Position numbers and translations under genes: made by a program. Under the pieces are notes generated by a model. It searched no databases, was not told the origin of the DNA, and saw only the letters and a list, made by a program, of their open reading frames with translations. A DNA stretch of 64,000 bases from Takakia lepidozioides (taxonomy: Eukaryota > Plantae > Bryophyta): the NCBI GenBank assembly GCA_030704615.1, contig CM060732.1:17484001-17548000 (forward strand), in the 5' to 3' direction. The first letter of the stretch is position 1; each line of letters opens with the position of its first letter. Shown piece after piece: positions 12,135-22,395 of the stretch.

Positions 12135-14040
12135 TTAAATGGACTGACCGCCCAGGTGGCGGTCGCATCTACGAGGTCTGCCCTGCGCGTGGAGTGAGGA
12201 ATGAGGGGGGGGGAGGATATAAGCTCCCAGTCATTCTCCCCGACCGCCACTCTGGCGGTCGCTGTAATGCTTATTTTTAAAAATGCAGCGACCGCCATTA
12301 CTAGCGGTCGTCTTTTTATTTAAATGGAGCGACCACGAAGGTGGCGGTGAGGGCTGTCCTGCGCGTGGAGTGAGGAATGAGGGGGGGGGGGGGGGATATA
12401 CATGGCGGTCGCTTTTATTTTAATTATTTTGGAAATGAAGCAACCGCCCTTACTGGCAGTCGCTTTTTTGTTCTTTGGAGGAAAATGGAGCGACCGCCAT
12501 TAGGGGCGGTCGCCGCTATTGTTGTTTTTTGTAAGTGGCGGTCGCTTTTATTTAAATTTGGTTGGAAATGGAGCGACCGCCATTTGTGGCGGTCGCTTCT
12601 ACGAAATCTGCCCTGCGCATGGAGCGAGGAGTGAGGCGGGGGGAGGGGGGCATATACGCTCCGACTCATTCTCCCCTCACTTCCATTACAGGCGGTCGCT
12701 TAAATTTTTTTTTTTGTTTTTATAAATGCAGCGACCGCCATTACTGGGGATCGCTGTAATTGTTCTATTTTAAAATGCAGCGACCGCCATTACTGGCGGT
12801 CGTTTTTTTTTTTTTTTTCGCGAAATGGAACGACCGCCATTTGTGGCGGTCCCTTTTTTTTTGTTTTTAAATGGAGCGACCGCCAAGGTGTCGGTCGCTC
12901 ACTTCCATTAGTGGCAGTTTTTGTTTTTACAAAATGCAGCGACCGCCATTTCTCGCGGTCGCTGTAATGGTTATTTAAAAAAATGCAGCGATCGCCATTA
13001 CTGGCGGTCGCTTTTATTTGGAAATGGGGCGACTGCCATTACTGGCGGTCGCCCTTTTTTTTTTAAATGGGGCGACCGCGAAGGTGGCGGTCGCTTCTAC
13101 GAGGTCTGTCCTGCGTGTGGAGCGAGGAATTTGGGGGGGGGGATATACATGGTGGTCGCTTTTATTTGATTTATTTTGGAAAAAAAACGACCGCCATTAC
13201 TAGCGGTCGCTTTTATTTTAATTATTTTGGAAATGAAGCGACCGCCGTTACTGGCGGTCGCTTTTTTGTTTTTTGGAGGAAAATCGAGAGACCGCCATTA
13301 GGGGCAGTCGCCGCTATTGTTGTTTTTTGTAATTGCAGCGACCATTAGTGGCGGTCGCTTTTATTTAAATTTGGTTGGAAATGGAGCGACCGCCATTTGT
13401 GGCGGTCGCTTTTATTTTAATTGTTTTGAAATTGAAAATGAAGTGACCGCTATTACTGACGGTCGTTTTTATTTAAAAAAAAATTGAAAATAAAGCGACC
13501 GTCATTACAGGTGGTCGTTTCTCTATATTTTGGAGGAAAATGGAGCGACCACCATTACAGGCGGTCGCCGCAATTGTTTTATCTTTAGTAAATCGAGCGA
13601 CCGCCACTACTGGCGGTCACTTTTATTAAAATTTTGTTGGAAATGGAGCAACCGCCATGACTAGCGGTCGCTTTCATTTTAATTGTTTAGAAAATGAAGC
13701 GACCGCCATTACTGGCGGTCGCTTCAATTGTTAATGTCTCCGTAAATATAGCAACCGCCTATGTTGGCGGTTGATTTATTTTATTTTCAAAAAATGGAGC
13801 GATCGCCAGTTCTTGCGGTCGTTTTTTTTTTTTTTCTTTTTTTTCTTTTTTTGTCCGGAAAATGGAGCAACTGCTAGTTCTGGCAGTCGCAGTTTTTTTA
13901 TTTATCCGGAAAATGGAGCGACCGCCAGTTCTGGCGGTCGCTTATTTTTTTATTTTTCGAAAAATGGAGCGACCGCCAAGTTGGCGGTCGTTTCTAGAAG
14001 ATTCGCCCTGCACGTGGCCCGAGGAATGAAGGGGGGGGAT
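12135..14040. repeat. Array of dozens of ~26-bp palindromes AGCGACCGCC-N5-7-GGCGGTCGCT separated by AT-rich spacers, with a higher-order unit containing G-runs
   Basis: Read directly; the longer unit CCCTGCGCGTGGAG..GAGGAATGAGGGGGGG recurs at ~12180, 12360, 12610, 13110 and 14005. Confidence 0.95.
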
Positions 14041-14041
14041 T

Positions 14042-14718
14042 CTGCGGCATTGTCTGTGCATATTTGCACGATTCTATCACTTCCGACCTGTTTGATGAAA
14101 TCCGTCAATAGTTGGCATTGATAATGTCCATCTTTCTTCTCGTCGCTAGTGTCGACCTATCCAAAGAATTGTTTCCCAGTTGGACATACGAGCATGACAT
14201 TGAACAACGGTATGTTTGTAACAGAACTCCAACCATCGGCACATATAGTGCTTCCATATTTTCTGATGCACTCGCCCGTCCTATCGTTGACCTTTTGGGT
14301 AAGCTTGTTCATGACGTCTTCTAGCAATCATGTGCGGAGATTGTGATAAGTCGGAGGCACGTACGTGGATTTGGACTCCGAGGTTGCTCTAACGGCAGAA
14401 AGAAATGTCGGAAGCCTTACCACATTAAATGATATGTTGGCCTCGAAAAAAAACTGCGCCCATTTTTTATCCAACTGTCTTTTCGCAGACAAGTTAAGAC
14501 CTTTCTGCATGGATGGCTGTCGTAATCCTCGACTCCGTTGAAGTGTAGGGGTACAAAGAGATAGTGCTCCGGCACAACCCACTTGTCCAAGGACACCCGA
14601 AGCCTCACAAGAGTCGCCTTGGGTACTAATCGGGGCATCCTGACGGGAAGATGAAGTGTTCTGCTCAGAGGTCATGTCCAAATCCAAAGACATTGGAATA
14701 TTGCTTCCACACTGGGCT
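14042..14718 (-). pseudogene. hAT transposase fragment 2: DUF659 region
   Basis: LDKKWAQFFFEANISFNVV..PPTYHNLRT*LL..GSTICADGWSSVTNIPLFNVML..FFG*VDTSDEKKDG..IKQVGSDRIVQICTDNAA contains the DGWS and TDNAA catalytic Asp motifs and ends abruptly after TDNAA. Confidence 0.92.
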
Positions 14719-14998
14719 TGCCCATCGTCGCTTCAAAGTTCTAGCGCTTCTGAAATGATCACATGTTTGTTGATGGAAGCAGATATCGTAGGCCACATTG
14801 ATCTCGTACCCATCGGAGACTCCCATAGACCACATGGAACGGTTCATGTGATACATTTTCACAAATGCGATGTGATACATTTGTGAAATGGTATCACATC
14901 AACCGTTTAATGTGGCCAATGCACATCTTCCGCACCATGGCGGAAATGTTCGTCACTTGAAAGTACAAACATAAATAATCCGTGCAAACAATCTCAAG

Positions 14999-15348
14999 AA
15001 TTATATGTACTGCAAGGTGTTTCATACTACCGATGTTCATGTAGCTGAATTATTTAGGAATCGTTTTGCTACTCCCATGCCAACAACATCAGGTCCACTG
15101 CAACTGCCATATTCCGAATTCCGTATCAGCCACCACGGACATGAAACCAGGAACTTCGCACAAAATCTCCAATCCATTCAATTTATGGTGGGTCATGACT
15201 GCAGCCTGCAAGCTGGCCAGGGTGGCTGATACGTCTGTTTGAATATGACAGTCTCAGATGACGTTGGCATGGGAATAGCAAAAAGAATACTACAGAATTC
15301 AGCTAGAGGAACAACAATAGCATGAAACACCTTACCATAAATATAATT
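14999..15348. repeat. Long imperfect inverted repeat (hairpin 2): arms ~14999-15134 and 15221-15348
   Basis: AAGGTGTTTCAT pairs with ATGAAACACCTT; TTTTGCTACTCCCATGCCAAC with GTTGGCATGGGAATAGCAAAA; CGTATCAGCCACC with GGTGGCTGATACG. Confidence 0.9.
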
Positions 15349-15428
15349 GTTGACATTGGTTGTGACAGCTCTAATCAATAGAGAACTCGCACCATCATTT
15401 GCGCTCCAGCAGCAGTACTGGTCCCCCG

Positions 15429-15976
15429 AATAAATAAAGTTCCGTTATAAATAATAAATTGCATACGCTCGAACCTCACAGATGTCATTTCAACAAAATC
15501 GGCCGTGTATTGTGGCACTGTTTGTAACTTTGAATGTTTCAATGTTTCTGACAGGGTACTGAGAAAATGATATATTGGCTCCATAGGAGTTAGACAACAA
15601 ACGTTCCATATCTCATTCAACTGTGCGACACTACCATGAGTGACATGGATCAAAAAGTAATAGGTGTACATGCGACCTCTGGACGTTCAAGTAGACCATT
15701 CGCTGGACCTAGTATCAAACGTTCGGAGGTCGCATGTGCACCTATTAATTTCCGATCCATGCCTCTCATGGTAGTGTCGCACAGTTGAATGAGATGTGAG
15801 TCGTTTGTTGTCTAACTCCTACGGAACTAATACATCATTTTCTCATTACCCTATCCGAAACCTTGGAACATTACAAATATAAACAGTGAGCCAGTACACA
15901 AACCATTTATGTTGCGATGACATGTGTCAGGGTCGAGCATATGCAATGCAATATTTACAATGGGACTTTATTTATT
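15429..15976. repeat. Long imperfect inverted repeat (hairpin 3): ~260-bp arms 15429-15687 and 15718-15976, ~30-nt loop
   Basis: ATCTCATTCAACTGTGCGACACTACCATGAG pairs perfectly with CTCATGGTAGTGTCGCACAGTTGAATGAGAT; TAGGAGTTAGACAACAAACG pairs with CGTTTGTTGTCTAACTCCTA; pairing extends to AATAAATAAAGT / ACTTTATTTATT. Confidence 0.95.
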
Positions 15977-16059
15977 ACATGCACGATCAAAATTGAGTTA
16001 TGTCTTCATAAAAGAACCATTGTACACCGCCACAAATCTCATATCTACGAGACTATGGT

Positions 16060-17521
16060 CTACTCCGTCCTATATACGTCTTTCGGCTCAGGCCAATTGA
16101 ATGGCTTGCCCATGAACCGAAGTACTACATGGGCTAATGTGACTCTCTCATTCTTGTTGTTGTCGTACAACCTTTGTAGCATTGAATGTCAACAACCTCC
16201 CGTAAATTGGTCCTCGAACATACTTTGATCATAATGAACGTCGTCATTTATTCGTACCGCTATCTTCCCAACGGCAAAGGCCTCCGACGTCATGTCCTTG
16301 GGGGGGGGGGCGTGGCATTCGCATTGAAAACCGATGCAATATCTTTTTCCACCCACCATCTTTTCGCGAGTTCCAGGTCCAGCTTGTCTTGGTTTTCAAA
16401 CTGGTACGACGAGGCTTTGCGTATGCCCAATGGGGTGGCTAAGCCCCAATCACACACCCCAATCTTGATCTCATCGGTGCCATCTGAAAATGCAATAAGA
16501 TGTTGTCGGGGGACAAGTCGTTGTGCAGGACACCGTTCTTGTGGACAGCATCCATGATGCACACCAATGCCCATGCAAGTTTACTGCGCACTTTCCGGAA
16601 ACGAAGCAAGCGATCGCATTCCTGGAACTTTGCTTCCGTTCCCCTTTGTTCCAAAATCACCCTGTTGTCCAAATCGTTGCCTCATTTTCTGTTAAGCTTC
16701 ATCATGTCGCGTATTGTCCCCCCATTCCACCAGCGAGTGTAACCCTCTACCTCACGTGCATTCACAGCAAAATATGAGATAACACCCGGATGCTGGAACT
16801 TCACTGTCAAACACTCGTCGTTATGTTGTCTCAACGCCTTTTCTGGATTTTTGGACTTGGGTTTTTTTCCCGCTAGCTCCCAACGCTCCGGTATTCTAGA
16901 ATCGCCAACAATCCTACACTGACGGACCTTAGCATAACCTCCTTCTTTGTAAGGGCCAATCTTTACCACCTTCGCAATAGAGTTCAGGTAATAAAGACCA
17001 GTTGTGCCTCCCCCGCCCGATGACCCCGCCTTCCAAGGGACAATCCTAGTCCGGCGATGTGAATTCTGACTTGCCGAACAAGCCCAATACTCAACACGCC
17101 GCATTAACTCAGCTTCGGCAGAGGGTACTCGACCCTCGGTTGCTCTACCCTTCTATGTCTTCATTAGCTGCCTCAAATTCCACGTGGCGTCTTTTGCCCT
17201 GCTTTGGATCCACCGATTGAACTTCGGCTTGTCCTTGTCCGCCGTCCACTTAGCCCCCGCCAAAGCGTTTGTCATTTTCCTCTCCATATTTTGCTGAAAA
17301 ATCTGAAACCCCTCTCATCCATGCCTGACATAAGCACTCTCTAGCCTCATCATGTCCCTACCCTTGAAATAATCCACTAACACTTCTTTCACCCTATCCA
17401 AGGCATTCGATCTCGGGTAGTCTGGCTTGTTGACCTGGCTATCCCGCTCGTGGGCACGTTTTCTCTTCCTCCGACCCCCAAACGACCCCGCCCTAGAACT
17501 TGAATTCACAACCCCCAACAT
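16060..17521 (-). pseudogene. Protein kinase gene (TE cargo), apparently intronless, with stops and frameshifts
   Basis: Subdomains in order: EGGYAKV (I), LAGKK (II), DE (III), HPGVI (IV), WWNGGTI (V), LHNDLSPDNILL (VIb), DWGLA (VII), SEAFAVG (IX), ER (XI). Basic NLS-like RRKRKR lies in the N-terminal region. Confidence 0.92.
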
Positions 17522-18054
17522 TGTATAAACCTTTGCCCACTACAGGGTCCAAACCCTCAGAAAACGGCAATGAACGCGTGTGGATAGTGTCTTCGTAGTT
17601 TTCTGCAAAAAAACAGACCATCGGAGATCTGAAAACGGTAAATGGTGATACGATGATTGAACCGTGAACAAGTGTGTGGGATTGACCAATACAAAACCGA
17701 CAAAACCTCCCCCCCCCCCAAATAATCACCTTTGCACCTCTCGTTGGCAGTGCCAAGCAACCAGCCGCCCCCCCAAAAAAAATGGCATTATGCTTGAAAA
17801 GGCGCGACAGGCCAGTGACGCCTCGCCACGTGTCAGCGCGGCGCGACTGGCCAGTCGCACCTCACCATGCGCACCCACATGGGAGAGGTCAAGGGTACAA
17901 AACCACCTCCCCCCATCCCATTTGTTTCGTTTTTCCTGACGTGGCACCTCGTCACGTGGCTGGCCAGGCGCCGCTTCATGATTAAAAAATTAAAAACAAA
18001 ACGCCACACAGCGGGTCCCTGGATTTCTAAGAAAAAAAAAAACACGCGAACCCC

Positions 18055-18485
18055 GCATGGCGGTCGCTTAATTTGGCGATCAAAATATAAATAAGCGACC
18101 GCCGCTAAATGGCGGTCGCTTCATTTAAAAATATATGTTAAGTGAATAATAATAATATGATAAAGTGCGAGCGACCGCCAATCTGGACGGTCGCTTCATT
18201 TAAAACATAATAAACTGCCAATATAGGCGGTCGCTTATTTTAAAATATAATAAAATACAAGTGACCGCCAATATGGGCGGTCGCTTCATTTAAAAATAAA
18301 TAAATTACCGGTGACTGCCAATATGGGCGGTCGCTTCATTTATAAATAAATAAATTACCGTCGACCGCCAATATAGGCGGTCGCTTAATTTAACAAAATA
18401 TTAAATTACAAGCGACCGCCAATATGGGCGGTCGTTTTTATTTTTAAATAATAAATTACATGCAACCGCCAATATAGGCGGACAT
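18055..18485. repeat. Second array of GCGACCGCC-N6-8-GGCGGTCGC palindromes (~8 copies, ~55-60 bp period), followed by an ACGT-rich tract at 18620-18680
   Basis: Same core palindrome as 12135-14040. Confidence 0.93.
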
Positions 18486-18694
18486 TTTTTTTTAAATTAA
18501 TAAATATTAATAATTGGCCACGTTTGTTTTACACCGTGGCTGCCATGTCATTACAAAGGGTAGAAGTAAATCGTAAAAGTCAAATGTAAGAAAAATTATA
18601 TGGATAAACGTCCGGATTCGACGTGACGTGACGCACGTCGAACATGACGGCCGACGTGTCAGCGCCACGTCACGTCAGGAATGATAACTAAAAA

Positions 18695-19437
18695 CCTGAC
18701 ACAGCCTAACACAGTCTGACGCAACCTCACACAGTCAGTCACAGCCCGACACAGCCAGTCACAGCTTGACACAGTCACAGCTCGACACAGCTTGGCACAG
18801 CCCATCACAACATACACATGAAACGGTTATCGTTGGCAGGGAACGACTATGTGGGAACGACATCTGCAGAGGAAACGTGCATTTTGTCTTGGATGACAGT
18901 TAGTTAGTTAGGCGGTTAGAACAGCTTGTAGATAGAATAGGCAAAGCAGCGACATGGAGGGGATCACTTCTTGGGAGGGCATTGCTTGGACATCACTTCT
19001 TGGGATAGCACGATCGTGGAACACAGGAATGGAGATTACGATGAGATGATGCTTGATTCAAGCAAGTTGTAGAGATGCACTGTAGAGCAGATTAGAGACA
19101 CCATGGCTTCGGCCTGATACTTGATAGATATTAATCTGATACATATTTCATACTCACACTGTGTAGAGAGACCTGAGTGAAGTTGTGGAATGAATGTTTG
19201 GATAGATGGAACATGGAAGATTGCAGAAGCAATCTGATACTTAATCATCGACAATAAGGTAACTTGCTAAGATGAATGCGAGAAGGAATACAAATAGGAA
19301 GCACCCCCATGATACACTAGTTGTAGGTCATGACTGATTGTTCTGAGCGGGCTGAGTGCTTAAAGATTTCCAACTCTTCTATCTTGGAGTTTCTACCTCA
19401 GATAGCTAAGGGATGGGTGAGTAAAAGCCGCTCGACA
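18695..19437 (+). mobile_element. 5'-truncated LTR of gypsy family A
   Basis: Homologous to 53473-54396 (ACACAG repeats, GTTAGTTAGGCGGTTAGAA); ends GTGAGTAAAAGCCGCTCGACA. Confidence 0.9.
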
Positions 19438-20420
19438 AGCCCGTCATAGCGTCACATAGGTCACAACTTGACACAGGGAGCAGTTATCACTGGCAGGGAA
19501 CATGAGTGCGGGAACGTCACCATCGTAGGGAATGGCAGTACTTACTACTGTCTTGGCTGACAATTAGTTAGTTAGGCGGTTAGAAGAGCTTGCAGATACA
19601 TTATGCAGAGTAGCTACATAGAGGGGATCACTTCTTGGATCACTTCTGGGGGAGCACTTATGGCATCAGGGAGAGAAGCACGATCTTGAGCACAGGGATG
19701 GAGAGCACGGTGGAGGAGGAGAGACGATCTGATGATGCTTGATACATGCAAGCTATAAAGATGTACTGTAGGGCAGAATAGAGACACCATGGCTTCGGCC
19801 TGATACATGATAGATATTAATCTGATTCCTATTCCATACTCACACTGTGTAGAGAGACCTGAGTAAAGCTGTGGAATGAATGCTTAAGTAGATGGAACAT
19901 GATAGATTGCAGAAGCAATCTGATACTTAAACTTAGGTAGTAAGGTACCTTACTAAACATGAATGCAAGAAGGAACCGATATAGGGAAGCACCCCCATGA
20001 TACACTAGTTGTAGGTCATGACTGATTGTTCTGAGCGGGATGAGTACTTAGAGATATCCAACTCTTCTATCTTGGAGTTTCCACCTCGGATAGCGAAGGG
20101 ATGGGTGAGTAAAAGCCGCTCAACATTTGGCGACCATACTGGGGAACTGAGTCAAGAGCAACCAGATGTGACAGACATCTGTTGGGATCATGGTGGATCC
20201 TTGTGAAACTAAGAAAGAAAGATTGTCTGGAAAACAATTCTTCCAAAGGTTCTTAGAATTGCCAGACAGTTGTAAGGAAAATATTCTCAAGAGAGTGCAT
20301 GATGCTGATTCAGAGTGGGGTCTGGAAAAAGGAGTGATAAAGATTTATCAAGTGGCCTGTAAAGGAAGAGCTAGTTGGTTGCCAACACTGGTGTATGTGA
20401 TAGCGTTGCTATCCATTACA
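19438..20420 (+). mobile_element. Second partial family-A LTR (ends 20125), PBS (20128-20145) and start of the internal region
   Basis: LTR end ..AAAAGCCGCTCAACA, then TT, then TGGCGACCATACTGGGGA; downstream sequence matches 54417-54715. Confidence 0.9.
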
Positions 20421-20794
20421 AGGGTACACTACCACGGGAGCAGTAGTGGGTAGTGTAGCAGCCGTGGGCCGTGAACCACGATATCACACGGCCACGGTAG
20501 CATAGGCTTTACTAATAGAAGAAGTAGTGAAGGGCCGTGGACCGTGTACCACTATGGCACACAAGTCATGACCACTATCACGAGCCACTTTTTGGCAAAC
20601 CCTTTAGGTTGCGTAGGCAGTTAGGCAACGGTCACTAACGACTACAGGCTGTAATGGCTCTTTCGAGCATAGTATAAAAGGGTTGCACGCAACTTAGAAG
20701 GTATTGGTGATCAGTGTGTATCCAGTGAACTCAGAGTGATTCGATGTGTACTTATGCTATGATGAGATGAACTTTGAAGTAAAGCCATGCTATT

Positions 20795-21057
20795 CATGGT
20801 GTGTGACAGGATGTGCGCTTCATTCAACGCCCCTACATCACAGCTGCATCCTTTACCCATCATAGGATTAGGCTACCAATGGAGTCTTGACTTTGCAGGA
20901 CCGTTATCACTGACAATGTGCCACCACAGATACGTGTTGGTGATGGTGGAGCACTTCTCCAAGTGGATTGAGTTGGTTCCATTGCCTGACAAGGCTAGTG
21001 AGGGGGCTGCGTATGCATTCTTCGATTGTGTGCTTAGCCGATTCGGTGCTCCCTTGA
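20795..21057 (+). pseudogene. Ty3/gypsy integrase fragment
   Basis: MVCDR..FNAPTSQLHPLPI..WSLDFAGPL..YVLVMVEHFSKWIELVPLPDK..VLSRFGAP, the start of the rve core. Confidence 0.92.
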
Positions 21058-22395
21058 GATAGCTTCTTGATCAGAGTCTTCATTCTCTCCAGGTAGTCAA
21101 CTACCAATTCTTTCTTTTTCTGTCTCAGGTTCTGTAATCCTGTGAAGATTTCAGACGTGGATTTGTTGGATCTATATCGTTCTTGGAATGCGGCCCTCAT
21201 ATCCGCCCAATTTGCAAAGTGATTGGCTGGAAAGGTTGCCAACCATTCAATGCCTTTTCTGGCCATTGAACAAGGAAATAATCGAATCTTTTCATAGTCT
21301 GTTGCTTCATTGTAAATGGTGCACATGTTCTCAAATTGATTGAGATGGATATCCGGGTCAGATTTCCCATCACATAAAGGAAACGGCGGTCTGGTTTTGC
21401 TTGCTACTAAAGCCATTGGTGCTGCTGGTACAACTGTTGCTGCTGGTGCAACCGGCTGTCCAAACTGAAATGGTCCCGCTCCTGCTGGCTGTGTTGGTGT
21501 TGGGATTGTCAAGACTAGTGGTGTTGTTGGTGTTTGTCTTTCAAACAATGATTCATATGAGGTTCTTGTCCCAATGATAGCCGTCTTCCAACTGTTATCC
21601 CTACTAAGCTTAATGAATCTTTAAAAGCTTTAAGTGCAGTTCTGGTTATCTTTCTGGAGAAGTAGTTTCACTTCTCTCACCTTCTTCATTCAGAATATTC
21701 TCAAATTTTTCTTCCAATATTTCAGCAAAACCTCGATTTGGACTTGTTACTGTAGAAGGTCTTCCAGATCTTTCTTGTGGTAACCATTCGCCAAGTGCAT
21801 TACTTGAAACTCCTTCTGGAGTAGTGTTCTCACTTTCCAGAGATCCGATTTCCTGATCTTCTAGTTTATCACTGTCAGTTTGTCTTGATGCCTCTCCTTG
21901 AATAATATTCAAGTTTTGTAATTCCGGGAACTCTTTTCTCAACCGAGCTTCCCTTTCTGCAGCATATTTCTCTATTCTTTCAGCTCTGTGCTTAGCTTTT
22001 TCCTTATTTTCCTCATTCATTCCCACATCATATACATAATTCCTTTTCAGCACCCTTTAATAAGCCTTGGTATGTCAGTAAAGAAAATTATAGTGGTCTC
22101 TACCCTTTCTCTAAGACTTACACCATCTTGCCAGAATCCGTATCACGACTTAATTTTCCTTTACTGATTGATCACCAATCTTTTAATGGGCACAATAATA
22201 CCATTTGTCTTTCTTAGTGTATCTGACTTGTAACAAGTCTTTGGGTATCCAGTACTCTACTGCTTCTATGATCATATGACAATATTCATAATTTGAACAT
22301 CCTGCCCTGAAAATATAACTAGTGTAGCAAACTTTTCTGATTGGGATTAGAGTAATCAATAAAACTAGACGAGACAACCATTCTTCACTTCCATT
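21058..22395 (-). pseudogene. Ty3/gypsy gag fragment with N-terminal extension, from a relative of family A
   Basis: KTRPPFPLCDGKSDPDIHLNQFENMC..KIRLFPCSM..WADMRAAFQERY..LRQKKKELVVDY aligns with 55743-56318. Upstream WLSRLVLLI..WIPKDLL aligns with 54595-55011. Confidence 0.88.

Larger units (their letters stand above)
4900..18690. mobile_element. Large rearranged hAT-superfamily DNA transposon carrying cargo genes; termini not identified, boundaries approximate
   Basis: Three collinear transposase pieces, the same palindromic repeat arrays at 12.1-14.0 kb and 18.05-18.5 kb, and interleaved decayed kinase, RING and orphan genes. Confidence 0.6.

Noticed and set aside
12135-14040. CRISPR array
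   Set aside because: Spacers are low-complexity, AT-rich and related to each other; repeats are degenerate; there are no cas genes; the context is a eukaryotic TE.
12089-14121. Many short ORFs in the palindrome array, and likewise at 50315-51095 and 58850-59498
   Set aside because: They are translations of non-coding tandem repeats.
4509-18698. CAGGTTTTT at 4509 and AAAAACCTG at ~18690 as hAT TIRs
   Set aside because: Only a 9-bp match with no 8-bp TSD, and the right copy overlaps LTR sequence.
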